Shown here piece after piece: positions 52,140-64,000 of a stretch of 64,000 nucleotides of DNA; position 1 is the first letter of the stretch, and each line of letters starts with the position of its first letter. The DNA comes from Stegostoma tigrinum (taxonomy: Eukaryota): contig NC_081397.1 of assembly GCF_030684315.1 (NCBI RefSeq), forward strand, positions 9,610,001-9,674,000, read 5' to 3'. Under the pieces are notes generated by a model, which was not told the DNA's origin, did not search any database, and saw nothing but the letters and a program-made list of their open reading frames with translations. A program made the translations under genes and the position numbers.

Positions 52140-52935
52140 ATATGATAACAGCAGAATTAGGCTGTTTGGCCCATCGAGTCTGCTTTGCCATATGATTGTG
52201 GCCAAGAACCCCATTCTCCTGCCTTCTCCCCCTCGGCCTTGATCTCTTCACCAGTCAAGAACCGATCTATCACTGTCTAAAAGACATTCAATGAATTCCG
52301 CAGATTCGCCACCCTCTGGCTGAAGAAGTTTCTGCTCATCTCAGTTTGAAAAGATCATCCCTTCATGCTGAGGCTGTGCCCCTCATGTCCTGGTCTCTAT
52401 CCAGGCCTCTCAGTATTCTGTAAGTTTCAATTGGATTCTCCCTCATCCTTCTAAGCTCCATTGAGCACAGACACGCAGTCTTCCCCACTCCTCATTAGAC
52501 AAGCCCTTCATTCCTGGGATCTTGTAAACCTCCTGTGGACCCCCATCCAAGGCTAGCACATCCTTCCTGAAATACAGGGCCCAAAGCTGCTCACAATACT
52601 CCAAATACGATCTGACCAGAGCCTTATACAGCTTCAGTGGTACGTCTGTTCTTGTATTCTAGCCCTCTTGAAATGAATTGAAATGAACTGCCGAATGAAC
52701 TTGCATGTTAACCTTAAGAGAATCCTGAAGTAGGACTCCTGAAGTAAGGCTTTAGATTTCCGAAGACTTCCCCCTTTGAAAAATGGTCTATGCCTCTATT
52801 CCCACCAAAGTGCATCACCTCACACTTTCCCCAATTGTATTCCATTTGCGATATCTTTGCCCTCTCTCTGAGCCTGTTCAATTCCTTCTGCAGCCTCTCT
52901 GCTTCCTCACCATGATCTGTCCCTCCACCAAACTT
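52140..52935 (-). mobile_element. CR1 LINE 3' fragment
   Basis: Similar to the minus-strand CR1 at 23600-24180. Confidence 0.75.
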
Positions 52936-53239
52936 TCAGTCACCAAAGAAACAGGAAATGACAACCCTCCCTGTGTGAACAATGCTGGACCCAGAGCGAA
53001 TGGCTCCTTGCCCCAGAGACCCAGGCCAGAGGAGACCACACTCAGACATTAAGCAGTTGTAATGCGGTAATAAACAGATTGATGTCTCAGTGCCCAAACT
53101 TTCGGTGTCTCCTCGAAACAAAATGAACAATATAGCAGTTAGCTCTCAGTGTACATTTCCCTCTTCCAATTCAATTCAATGACTGCTGCTTGGAATTCCC
53201 GTGTGTGTCTATGTTTGGCTTGGACTACTATGGTTACCG

Positions 53240-53770
53240 TGTCCCAGTTAAACTGATGGCCTTCACTGTCAGTGTACCAATAGTAAGAAGAGTTTATTGT
53301 GCCATTTTGCTGCTAGCAGATGTTCATGTGTCCTGATGGCTAGTTTCCTTCCTGCCTGTCTAAGGTAATGGTTTCAGCAGTTGTTGCTTGGTATTTTGTC
53401 GACCACATTAGTTTGCATGTTGTGAGAATGCGGTCTTTCATCCTTTTGAGTGTTTATCATAAAGTGGCTGTGGGCTTGTGTGCTCCCCTGATTCCTTGTG
53501 GTCTGAGGAGACTTCTTGTCTGTTCTGATATGTTCTTGATGTAGGGAATATGGTCAGTGTGGTAGGGTGTACTATTTCCTCCTGTTGTCCGAAATAAATG
53601 TTGACTCCCGGGGCAACTCCATCCTGACTGTATACCACTGTGCCACCACCTCTGCAGGGTGTGTCTGCTGGTGGGACATGACATCTCCAGGGATGGTGAT
53701 GGTGGTGTCTGGGACATTGTCTGTAAGGTATGATTCTGAGTATAATGCTGACTCTCCGGATTGTGACATG
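53240..53770 (-). mobile_element. Penelope-like fragment joined to a LINE AP-endonuclease fragment
   Basis: PYIKNISEQTRSLLRPQGIRGAHKPTATL (Penelope linker) and ESYLTDNVPDTTITIPG (APE domain). Confidence 0.6.
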
Positions 53771-54731
53771 AGCCCCCAGATGTTAGGAAGCAGGACATTG
53801 CAGGGCTGACAGGGCCGTTTCAGGTCTGTTGTCTGTTCTGGTGCCTAGGCCAATGCTGGGTGATCCATAGCGATGAATACGACTGAATGGCTTGCTCTTT
53901 CATTTCAAAGGGTCAACCCTGATTACAGGTCACTGGACTTGAAACATTAACTTTGATTCTCTCTCTCCACAGATGCTGCCAGACCTGCTGAGTTTCACCA
54001 GAACTTTGTGTTTATAACCTGTAAAATTAGGTTTGTTCCTCTTTCTCTCCCTCTCCATAATCCGGCTAAGATTTTGAAATTTGCCATTCTTGCTGTCTTC
54101 TCCTGATTGATGCAAGATGAAGAGCTTCAAACAGAATCTGTTCATTTTCCAGGTGCAGTCCTGCCAAGTAAATCTCGTCAAAGATTTCCAACTTCCCAAA
54201 GTGGTCTGCATCTACTTAATGACCTAATCTTCTGGTGGCGGGGTGGGGTGAGAGGTTGGCATTGGGGGTGGGTTTTATGGGGGTGAGCTGTCAACTTCAG
54301 AGAGATACATGATCGCTATAACGGTTTGTACAAAGTACAGCTTTCTGTCGATATTTACTGTTTAAAAAGCAATTGATGCATCAATTACAGATCATGGTCA
54401 ATTCACCACAGTCTTACCAGATCATTAGAGCTGCTCTCCCATTGGAGAGAGCGGATTGGATGGTGATGGAACCTGAGGGTCACTGCGCCTCAGGTAATGG
54501 AGAGGTTCAAAAGGAGAGTCCTTCACGGTAACCCCATCCGGTGTATGAATTGAACCCACGCTGTTACCAATCTAATGCATCACAAAGCAGCCATCGAGGA
54601 AAGCACCCCCGACCCCCCACCACGTCCACTTCTGAGACAGGAATAGTCGCTGATCTGGAGAGTGGTTGTAATTACAAAACAAATAGCCTTGCCCCTCTCC
54701 CCACCCCAACATCATTGGAGATAAAGAGCTT

Positions 54732-55365
54732 TGTAATGATACTGTAGCTTTAAGAGATTATTTTGTCCTGGTTTCTTTTGAGAGAGAGATTGAATGAGAG
54801 GTGTCGAGCTCGCTGGTGAAGACCGCTTGACTAAACAGCTTGAGTTTTATTTTGTCCAGGCTGAATGAGTGTGGCCAGCTCTCAGATCAGGATTTCTCGG
54901 TTTTGTTTCATTTCACGTGCATCTGAAGCTGTTGGCATCTCAAATGCCTTTGAAGCTTCAGTGGATGTCTCCCGGCTCCTGCTGTCTCTGTATTTTCTGT
55001 TGACTCTTTACCCTCCTGGATTGGAGTTCTGCACGTGAGAACCTGTGTCTCAATTTTACATGTTTGTCAAGGAGTGTGTTTATGGGATGTTACTATTTTG
55101 AATCAGTTAATTAGCAATAGTTACTGTATCTACTGTTCTGTTACATTTCCAACAGAGTTAAGTTATTCTTAATTCTTCCTTCTTTTATTGCATTTTAACT
55201 GTCGTGTTTAAATCCATTGTTTTGCTTAACATTGAGTTGTTTGCCCAATCGCATTGCATCTGAAACAAGCACTTCATGTTCGCTTTTAAAAATAAAGTTA
55301 GGGGAGAGACTACCTTCTGAAAATATCTTGAGGGGGTCTGGCCTGATCTAGTCTTGTCCATAACA
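54732..55365 (+). mobile_element. Possible solo LTR (~634 bp)
   Basis: TGTAATG...CATAACA inverted termini (6/7) and AATAAA near 55291; no convincing TSD. Confidence 0.4.
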
Positions 55366-55634
55366 GACTGAATAATTCCAAAGATTTATCTTGGGAAGAC
55401 AGACTGAGCAGTTTTGGCCGATACTCTCTGGACTTCAGAAGAATCAGAGGAGATCTAACTGAGGGATCCAAAATGCTAAATTTGAGGGATTGAAAAAGGA
55501 GATGGAGAGAGGATGTTTCCTCATGTGGGAAAATCTAGAATGAGATGACATCAAGTGAAGATAAGGGGTTGGGGCAGATTGAAAATGGACATGAGGAGGA
55601 ATGGCTTTTCTCGAAGGTTGGGGAGAAGGGGCAT

Positions 55635-55810
55635 GTCCAACCTGCACATCCATTGGAGCATACCAGGAAACAGAAGCACCTGGAGGAAATCCACTCCATC
55701 ACAGGGAAAATGTGCAAACTTCACACGGACAGTCACCTGAGGCTAAAATCGAAGCTGGATCCCTCACACTGTGCAGCAGCAGCGCTAACCACTGAGCCAC
55801 TATGTCACCC
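55635..55810 (-). mobile_element. HE1-like SINE 5' part
   Basis: TGGCTCAGTGGTTAGCGCTGCTG A box and degenerate B box GCTTCGATT. Confidence 0.7.
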
Positions 55811-57168
55811 ATTGAGCCTGTTCCACCTTTCAGTCTGTGCCTTCACACCATTAACTTGCCTTTAGCCCCATCCCCTTATTATCTCAGCTAAACAAAAATC
55901 TGTCAGATTGGAAACTAACCACTGATCCAGCCACTGCTGTGTTTGTGGAAAAGAGATTTCAACCTCGATAACGCTTTGTGTGTAATCATTTAACGGAACG
56001 TTTTCAGTCTAACTGTTGCCACGTACCATAGCCATCCAAATACGAAGCAGTTCTGACTTTTTTTTTTAAACAGAGTTTGCCTCACACCTGTGAATGCTCT
56101 GTTTCAACTATAAACTCTGGAAAATGCCCCACCCCAACTCCCCCGATCATGTGTCATTGCTTATGGAGAGAAATCTACTGGTTGAATTCCTGTAGCCACA
56201 GGTTTTGGGGCAGGATTTTTGTTTGTCAAAGAGGTCCATAATGCTTTTTGCCCCAAGTTTGTACGTTTGCTTCCGAAGTACTGTGGCCAGTGGCAGGGGG
56301 CAGGGACTAACGTCCAACTGGAAAGCTGAGCCCAGAATGTCAGGATGGAGCTGGGTAATACTTTGCGACAGAGAATCGAGGAGAAAGTGGGAGAAAGAAA
56401 CAGAGTGGTGATAAGGGAGAGTCTTGCGAATGAAGTTTCATTGAATTGAGATGCCTGGTCAATTTGCTGATTTCGAAAGCTTGTGGCATCTCACAATAAA
56501 GTAATAGTCACACAGTACAGAAACAGGCCCTTTGGCATAACTTGTCCATGCCAACTGGGCTTTCCATCATAAACTAGTCTCATTGGCCTGCAAATCCCTT
56601 TTGCACCCTGTCCAATTTAATAATATCCTTCCTTTTCCTAAGGTACCAGAATTATACACACAAATCTAAAAGTGGCCAGACCAATGTCCTGTACAATAGC
56701 AACATGATGTCCCAAATCCTATTATCAATGGCCTGACCGATGGATGCAAAAATGAAATCTGGATGGTGGCATGTGATCAGGAATGTAACTTTAATACAAG
56801 AGTATCACAGTACTGGAGAGTCTTTTTGATCCATCCAGACTGTACCCACTAACAACAAAGGATGTTCCCAGTCACAATGGGGCAGTCCACAACCAGCGGG
56901 GGACAGTCTAAAGGGGAAGGGTAGGACTGAGATGAGGGAAAATGTCTTCACCCAGAAAGTGGGAAGCATGTGGGATTCTCTGCCACAGCAGTGATTGTGC
57001 CCAAAACATTGAATGTGACTCCATCTCTCAATCCTGTCATCATCTCTCTCTCTCTCTATCTCTTCCCCCACCAGCCCCCATTTCTCTCTCTCTCTATCTA
57101 TCTCTCTATCTTTCTCAATCCTGTCATTATCCTTTTCTCTCCCTTCATCCTGCACTCATCTGACTTTC

Positions 57169-57297
57169 AGAGATAATGGGAACTGCAGATGCTGGAGAAT
57201 TCCAAGATGATAAAATGTGAGGCTGGATGAACACAGCAGGCGAAGCAGCATCTCAGGAGCACAAAAGCTGACGTTTCGGGCCTAGACCCTTCATCAG
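57169..57297 (-). mobile_element. 129-bp Penelope terminal-repeat insertion with 11-bp TSD
   Basis: TSD ATCTGACTTTC at 57158-57168 and 57298-57308. Confidence 0.88.
57270..57297 (-). ncRNA. Minimal hammerhead ribozyme core (all catalytic-core nucleotides present)
   Basis: CUGAUGA-A-GGGU(CUAG)GCCC-GAAAC-GUC with palindromic ACGU stem III, typical of Penelope-associated minimal hammerheads. Stem I pairing is poor in this insertion context. Confidence 0.65.
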
Positions 57298-57779
57298 ATC
57301 TGACTTTCTCTCCCTCACCCGACCCTCGCTTCCAGAAATGTTAATTGCAGGCTCGAGCACGCGAATCAGTTTGAATTATTTTAGCCCCTCCTAACAGCCT
57401 CAGTCGTATGTAAATAATCTGGGAGATAAATGCACACAATGTTTCATTTATATGTACATATGTAACACCCACTGACAGAAAGTAAACATGGAAAACACCT
57501 TCACATGCATCGCACGGGTCCAAATGTAAAGTCAACCTCTTTCTGTCTGGGAGAGGAAACACTTTGGGAATTCAATTAATTTCACCTCTGACATTCCTGA
57601 AAAAGAAAATAAATAGGAGCAGAGAATGACGCCCCTCGGTCCATCTACCAGTGGTGTAATTTGTAATCTGTAACCATCCATCTCCCTGAGAGTGTTACAA
57701 ACTAGTTTCTCCCCACCTCCCCCTTTCCCCACAATTTTCGCCCTTTAACTGCAGCAAGTAAAACGAACACATCAAACAC

Positions 57780-58260
57780 TTATACAGCAGAAACAGACCC
57801 TTCAGCCCAACCTGTCCATGCCAGCCAGGTTTTCTAATCTACCCTACTCCCATTTGCCTGCATTTGACCCATGTCCCTCTAAAGCTTTCCTATTCACGTC
57901 CCTGTTTAAATGCCTATTAAATGTGTGATCGTACCCACATCTACAACATGTCTCCCAACTCATCCCATACACGCACCACTCTCTGTGTGAAACAGTTGTC
58001 CATTAGGTCCCTTTTAGATCTCTCACCTTAAACCTACGCCCTTTAGTTTTGGGCTCCCCCGCCCTGGGGAAAAGACCTTGGCTATTCACCTTATCTCTGG
58101 CTTTCATGATTTTGTTGACCTCTGTAAGATCACCCAGCAACCTCCACTCTCTTGGGGAAAAAAGTCCCAGCCTAATTAGCCCCTCCCTACAACTGAAACC
58201 CTCCATTCCCAGTAACATCCTTGTCAATCTTTCCAGTTTAATAATATCCTGTCCATAGCA
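57780..58260 (-). mobile_element. CR1 LINE 3' fragment
   Basis: TRMLLGMEGFSC...GDLTEVNKIM. Confidence 0.8.
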
Positions 58261-59049
58261 TTTAATGCATTTCTGTTTTGGTCATTTAAGGATTTCTCAT
58301 GATCAATCTTGCCAATGGATCCAACAAAGAGAATGAATTGCCTCCAGTTATCCCTTCCCTTTCGCTCCCATCAATAAGCTGGATAAACACGACCTACTTG
58401 TGCACAGCCTTTCCAAAACGCACATGATCTCGAGGGACCGACTCCCCACCCCTGGGAGACAATCTAAAGGGGGAGATTAGGGTCCAGCTTCTGCAGATCG
58501 GTCTGCAGCTCTAAACCTGGCACGGGGTCGGGGGGGAAGCTCTCGTGGCTTCTTGGGCTAGAGAGAACAGAAAATTATACTAACCACCCAGAGAGAAGTC
58601 GAATGGACTGTCTGCAACCGGAACACACAAGAAAAGGAACTAAACCTCATCTGTTGGTCCTTATCTGATAGAAACACTTGTCAGAAAGGCATGAGAACGG
58701 ATGCAGAGTCGACAAACTCAAAATCCTAACTCAATCTCTCTCTCTCTCTCTCTGCCCCATGGCCCCAACCCCCAACTCGCTGACAGATGCTGTCAGACCG
58801 GTTGAGTTGCCCCAGTGCTCTCTGTGTTGGTTTCAGATCTCCAGAACCCTGCACTGTGTTGCTTTTGCAACCTTACAAGCTGTGTTCCTTGCTTCAGACA
58901 CCAGTGCCACCACTCCTGGTGAAATGGTGTCCTCTGTTGTTCAAGCATAGAGGAAAGATATGGCTAACACATTTGAAGATAACATTGCACTACTGTCAGA
59001 AAGGAAACACAGGATAATGAGACGACATTGCTTGGGAATGGTGTACATA

Positions 59050-59600
59050 TGACCAGAGGATCAGAAGTGGGCCATTCAGCCCATCTGGCTGCTCCACCTT
59101 TCAACCATGATTGTGGCTGAACTGCTCATTCTTAACTCAACTTTGCTGCTCTTCCACCCCTTGCCCCATAACCTTTGCTTCTCCTTCCTGATTGAAAATC
59201 TCTCTCAAACTTGAATATACTGAATGACCCGGCAGTGACAGCCCTCTGTGGTAAAGAATTTCACAGATTCACTCCCGTCAGAAGAAGAAATTCCTCATCT
59301 CCATCTTCAATGGACGAACGCCTATTAAGACATGATGCCCCTCTGGTCCCAAATTCTCCCACACGAGGGGCAATGGCTCCCGGTCAAATTCCTCAAAGGA
59401 TCTTCGATGGGCCCTCCTCTCATTCCTATAAACTCCAATGAGGATAGGCCCAACAGACTCAATCTCTCCCTCATCAGACACTCCCTCCATAGCCGGGATC
59501 AGCCGAGTGAACCTTCTTTGAACCTGCCTCCAATTCTAGTCTCTCCTTCCTTCGATACGAGGCCACAAAACTGCTCACCGTATCCCAGCTGTATCTTGTA
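59050..59600 (-). mobile_element. CR1 LINE 3' fragment
   Basis: LIGVYR...EMRNFFF plus CR1-like tail. Confidence 0.7.
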
Positions 59601-61039
59601 TGGTTTTTTTTAGAAAAATTTCCCAACGTTCATCTCACATTGAAGGCTGACGTTTCGGGCCTCGACCCGATGTTTCGTCGAAACCCTTCTTCTGAAGAAG
59701 GATCTCGGCCGGGAACGTCAGCTTTCCTGCTCTTCTGATGCTGCTGGGCCTGCTGTGTTTATCCGGCTCTGTACCTTGTTATCTCAGATTCTCCAGCATT
59801 TGCAGTTCTACTATCACTGAAACAATTTTACCCTGGATTGTAAGAAATAGTTTTCATCTGAAATCCTCAAGCAGTTGAGAATCTCTGTCCCTTTGTGAAG
59901 TACAGCTGGTTTTGAGGGCGTTCCTAACATACCACAACATCAGACAGAGTTACAGCGTGCCATGGTGTGGTTGGAGATCCCCAGTGGGCAGATTTTATGC
60001 CATTCCCACTCAGTGGGCGACATGTACTCCCTGAGGAACAAGCTGTGATAGCTCTATCCCTCTGTAAAATCAGCAATTACCACAAATCTGCCTTATTTAT
60101 TTCCTATTTCTGTCCCACCCTGTAATCAATTCTCCTTTTCTGTTTACATTTAAAACAAATGCATTCCCCTTTGAATCGACTTTTTTTTTTAAAATGCTAA
60201 TCTGTTTACGACTCTCTTGCAGTTTATTGCACGTGGCTGTTACTTTAGCCCTCTGTTTGCTGTATTCGGGCAGTTTAATTGTTGACTGCATGGCAGATCG
60301 GTCCTTTTTACAGCAGAACTCCCAGGTTTCCCCTTATTTCCTGTGGCTATCAGCCTGAAGAGGGCTAATATCAGAAATGTTGACTGCTCCTTTCCTCCAC
60401 ATGCTGCCTGGCTTGTCCTTCCAGCCTCCCGTTTGTCTGTCTCGGCTGTATCTTCAGCTAAAGGGGAGGGCATGGCTCAGTGAATGTCTACTGTGTGTGT
60501 GTGTGTGTGTGTCACAGAGAGCGAGAGAGAGGGCGTGTTTCATTGAAAGGAAGAGTTTGGAGGTTTAAAGGGGGATGTGAGGTAAAAGGTTTTCACCCAG
60601 AGAGTGCTGGGGAATCTGGTGCTCACTGCCTGTGAGGGTGGGAGAGGCAGAAACCCTCATCACATTGAAGAAGGATTCAGATGTGCACTTGTGATTCAAA
60701 GGCTTTGGGCCAACTGCTGGGAAAATGGGATTAGGGAATAGGGATAGATAGGAGGAACTGCAGATGCTGGAGAATCTGAGATAACAAAGTGTCGAGCTGG
60801 ATGAACACAGCAGCCAACCAGCATCAGACAAGCAGGAAGACTGATGTTTCAGGCCTAGACCCTTCTTCAGCAATGCTCAAGAATCTTGCTGCATTGACCC
60901 CCATCACCAAACCCCAACCTGTCCATTCTTCTCAGGGTTTTCGAAATTGCATTGAGATCATCTCTTGATCTCCCAGATCCGGATGATACAGAGTGCCCAA
61001 ACTCCCTTCCCAGCTCACTGCCTCATTGTGAAAAATGTG

Positions 61040-61800
61040 CGCAATCACACTCTCTCTCTCACAGACGCACACACACACACGCTCATGCATGTAGATTCAC
61101 ACGCACAGTCAGACTCTCACACACACTCACACCAGCCTTCCCCTCACTCTATGCTGCACCTCCCATTTCCTCTCAGTCTCACCCCCACTCCATCCTCCTT
61201 GACGAACCCCCACCCCCACAATTCAGTCCCTTTTCTCGCTATTCTCCCTCTCACGCACCGCACACGCACAAAGACATGCACACACTTACATGGTCACATA
61301 TTCACACACAGTCTTACAGACACATACACACTGGAACAATTTTTCCGCACGTCCTTCACAGGTGCGTGCGCACTCACGCGGTCTGACACACAGTCACACC
61401 AGCTTGCATTCACACAAACACATGTTTGCTCAAACAAATTCATTCACAAAATTACATTGAATATCACACACCCACACACACTCACAACTGTCATAATCTC
61501 TCTCACATTCCCTTACACATTCACATGCAATCACAGTTTATGCTCACACTCTTGTACAAACTCACATTATCTCACACATAATTTCAAACAAACTCACACT
61601 CACCCACACACAGCCTCTTAAACTCACAGAAAAACACATTCACAATACACTCTTGCTCTCTCTCTCGCATACACACACTCTCACACACATTCACGCACAG
61701 TCACACAAAACATCCTACGCGCACATTTAATCTCACAAACCATCTCAGACGCTCATTGACATAAACTTTCCTCAAACATTTTCTCTCACACATACTCCTT
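61040..61800 (+). repeat. CA-rich low-complexity / decayed microsatellite tract
   Basis: About 760 bp dominated by CACA/CTCA. Confidence 0.9.
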
Positions 61801-62269
61801 CCCTTACCCTCTACCTCTCCCTACCACGATATCTCACCCTCCATCCCGCACCCTCCCCCCTCCCTCCCACCCACACATGAGCGACGGATGGAAGGGGCGA
61901 TGCTGGTGACCCAGGGGAGACTGCGGCTGACGTGTTGGCTCACTGCACCTTGCATCACCTTCCCATCCCTGACAGTAATCCCCAAGTTCGGTCTCTGATA
62001 CCCGCCTCACATTGGATCCCCGGGGGCTCCAGCAACGCATCTTGATTTTTAAAAAAAGAAATCCACCAATTTGTTGTGTGTTACAATTTTATTCATCACC
62101 AAAGGCAGAATTGTTGCGTACAAAAGCAAATATCATCAAGAAATTACATTGACAATAACACAGCGATCGATTAAACCCGTCCCAATGTACACCATCCATG
62201 AACAATACTTTCCATTGCTTCATAAACACCGGGCCCATTGTGTTTTCATTTAGTTTTCCATCTCAACAC

Positions 62270-63060
62270 AGGGTTCGGAGGGAGGGGGGAGTTGTGAAGG
62301 AGGATGCAGAGATGCTTCCATGCCATTGGGTTAAGTTGAGTGAGTGGGCAAATGCACGGCTGATGCAGTTTGATGTGGATTGATGTGAGGCTCCCACTTT
62401 GGGAGAAATAAGAAAACAGGAATGCAGATTATTATCGAAATGGTGATGGATCGGAAAAGCAGCACGGAGGACAAGAGTTGGAACATCATGTTGTGGCTGT
62501 ACAGGCATTGATAAGGATATTCTTGTAGTATTGTGTACAGTTCTGGTCATGTTGCTACAGGAAGGATGTTATTCAACTGGAAAGGGTGAAAAAAAATGAA
62601 CATAATCATGTTGTCAGGAATGGAGAGTTTGGGCAAAAAGGATAGGCTGTTTTTTTATTCCAGAGCATCGGAGGCTGAGGGGTGACCCTTTGAAGGTTTT
62701 AAAAATCATGAGGGACATAGATAAGGTGAAAGCCAAGGTCTTTAACCCCAGGGTTGGAGAGTCCAAAAGTAGAGGGCATAGGGTTAAGGTGAGAAGGGAA
62801 AGATTTAGAAGGGGCCTGAGGGGCAAATCTTTCGCACAGATAGTGGTGGGTATATGGAATGAGCTGTCAGGGGAAGTGGTGGAGGTGGGTAAAATTATAA
62901 ATATTTGAAAGAAATTTTGGCAGATACATGGATAGGAAAGGTTGGAAGGGATATGGTTCAAACACAGGTAAACAGGGCTGGGTCAGTTTAGGAAACCAGG
63001 TTGGCATGGACGAGTTAGGCCGAAGAGTCACAGAGCACAGAAATAGCCCCTATGACTCTA
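62270..63060 (+). mobile_element. CR1 LINE 3' fragment
   Basis: KIMRDIDKV...SRGHRVKVRRERF...WNELSGEVVE. Confidence 0.82.
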
Positions 63061-63454
63061 TGATGAGGGGCACAAATGCTGTCTTTACCAGCAATGCCCC
63101 ACATCCTTCGCCTGAACGAGGGGTCATCGTGATTAAAAAACAGCAATAAGCCAGTCACCATCCTTACTGGCTCGAATGTGAACAATTCATCAGCACAGTC
63201 CTGCTGTTCCATTCAAAGGTACCTGGTGCCTATTGACCAGACCCTTTGGCCCTCGCGCTGGTGTTGTCCCTGATGTTGTTCACCAGTTTGCAATCGGACC
63301 TGCGCTGCTCCTTTCTTGGTGGCCAGCAATTGTCAGATCCAGACGGCGTCGATGTTAAAATCTTAACGTCTTCTACCAAGCCTGTACTTACATCAACCCA
63401 AACCCTTTTGTGCTGCAGCGAGAGTGTCTGTATGTCGGGACTAAAAAGCCAACA

Positions 63455-63800
63455 TTTTTTTAATTCATGGGATGAGGGCATTGCTGGCCAGGCCAGCATT
63501 TGTTGCCCATCCTTAGCTGTCCAGGGGGCTGTTAAAAGTCAACCACTTTGCTGTGGGTCTGGAGTCACATGAAGGCCAGGCCAGGTAAGGATAGCAGTTT
63601 CCTTCCCTGAACCACGTGAGTGAACCAGATGGGGTTTTCCAACAATTGATTCACAGTTACCATCAGACTCTCAGATTCAGGATTTTGAGGAATTTAAAGT
63701 CCACCATCTGTGTTGCAGGATTTGAACCCGGGTCCCCAGAACATCACTGGAACATCAGGATTAACAGTTACGCGATAATCCCATGAGGCCATCGCTTCCC
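63455..63800 (-). mobile_element. tRNA-derived SINE with L2-like tail
   Basis: B box GGTTCAAATCC at ~63718-63728 (minus) and tail GGATGGGCAACAAATGCTGGCC shared with the L2-like fragments. Confidence 0.6.
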
Positions 63801-64000
63801 CATTCAAAGGTCAAGCCTGCCGCTCTGGAGGTGTGTGATCCCCCATCCTGACAATGTGGCGTTTCCAAAATACCTGCAGCGGAGAGAAACCCCCTACGTT
63901 CCTGTTCCCACAATGGGTTTTGGAATCTCAGAAAGCCGAGTTGAAGTGTCCAGCAGGGGTTTTGGTTCATTGGGTGATCTAGTCTTTTCCGTATAGACTC

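Noticed and set aside
48915-55810. tRNA genes suggested by A/B boxes (49170-49200, 49225-49275, 54545-54600, 55740-55810)
   Set aside because: No complete cloverleaf; they are heads of tRNA-derived SINEs.
60952-61621. His/Thr-rich ORFs of 144-218 aa
   Set aside because: Translation of a CA-rich low-complexity tract.
63209-63811. 12-bp direct repeat CCATTCAAAGGT at 63209 and 63800 as a target-site duplication
   Set aside because: It encloses both unique sequence and a SINE and does not match one element's boundaries; cannot be distinguished from chance or a local rearrangement.

Overview
Vertebrate genomic DNA, most likely a shark, inferred from HE1-like tRNA SINEs, CR1/HER1-like LINEs and Penelope-like elements; the species cannot be fixed from sequence alone. 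It holds five intact, intronless, replication-dependent histone genes, each with a 3' stem-loop: H1 (5766-6404,-), H2B (26272-26652,+), H2A (28546-28938,+), H3.2-type (29744-30154,-) and H4 (31116-31427,-), plus a 54-bp H1 remnant. Interleaved with them is an unrecognised, segmentally duplicated gene module present six times (units A-F). Three units keep a GC-rich promoter and an ATG exon 1 (MERPAPRE/GAREQ.APSSS.SR). All six keep a paralogous ~82-nt exon 2, and most are followed by a degenerate 49-bp tandem repeat. The rest is retroelement-rich. It includes CR1 LINEs (one with a 642-codon RT-containing ORF), Rex1/Babar and L2-like fragments, SINEs and Penelope-like elements. The Penelope terminal repeats carry minimal hammerhead-ribozyme motifs and also occur as short TSD-flanked or fold-back insertions. 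Possible exons of a minus-strand gene lie at 46.8-63.4 kb (low confidence). All alignments and counts were made by eye, and repeat boundaries are approximate.
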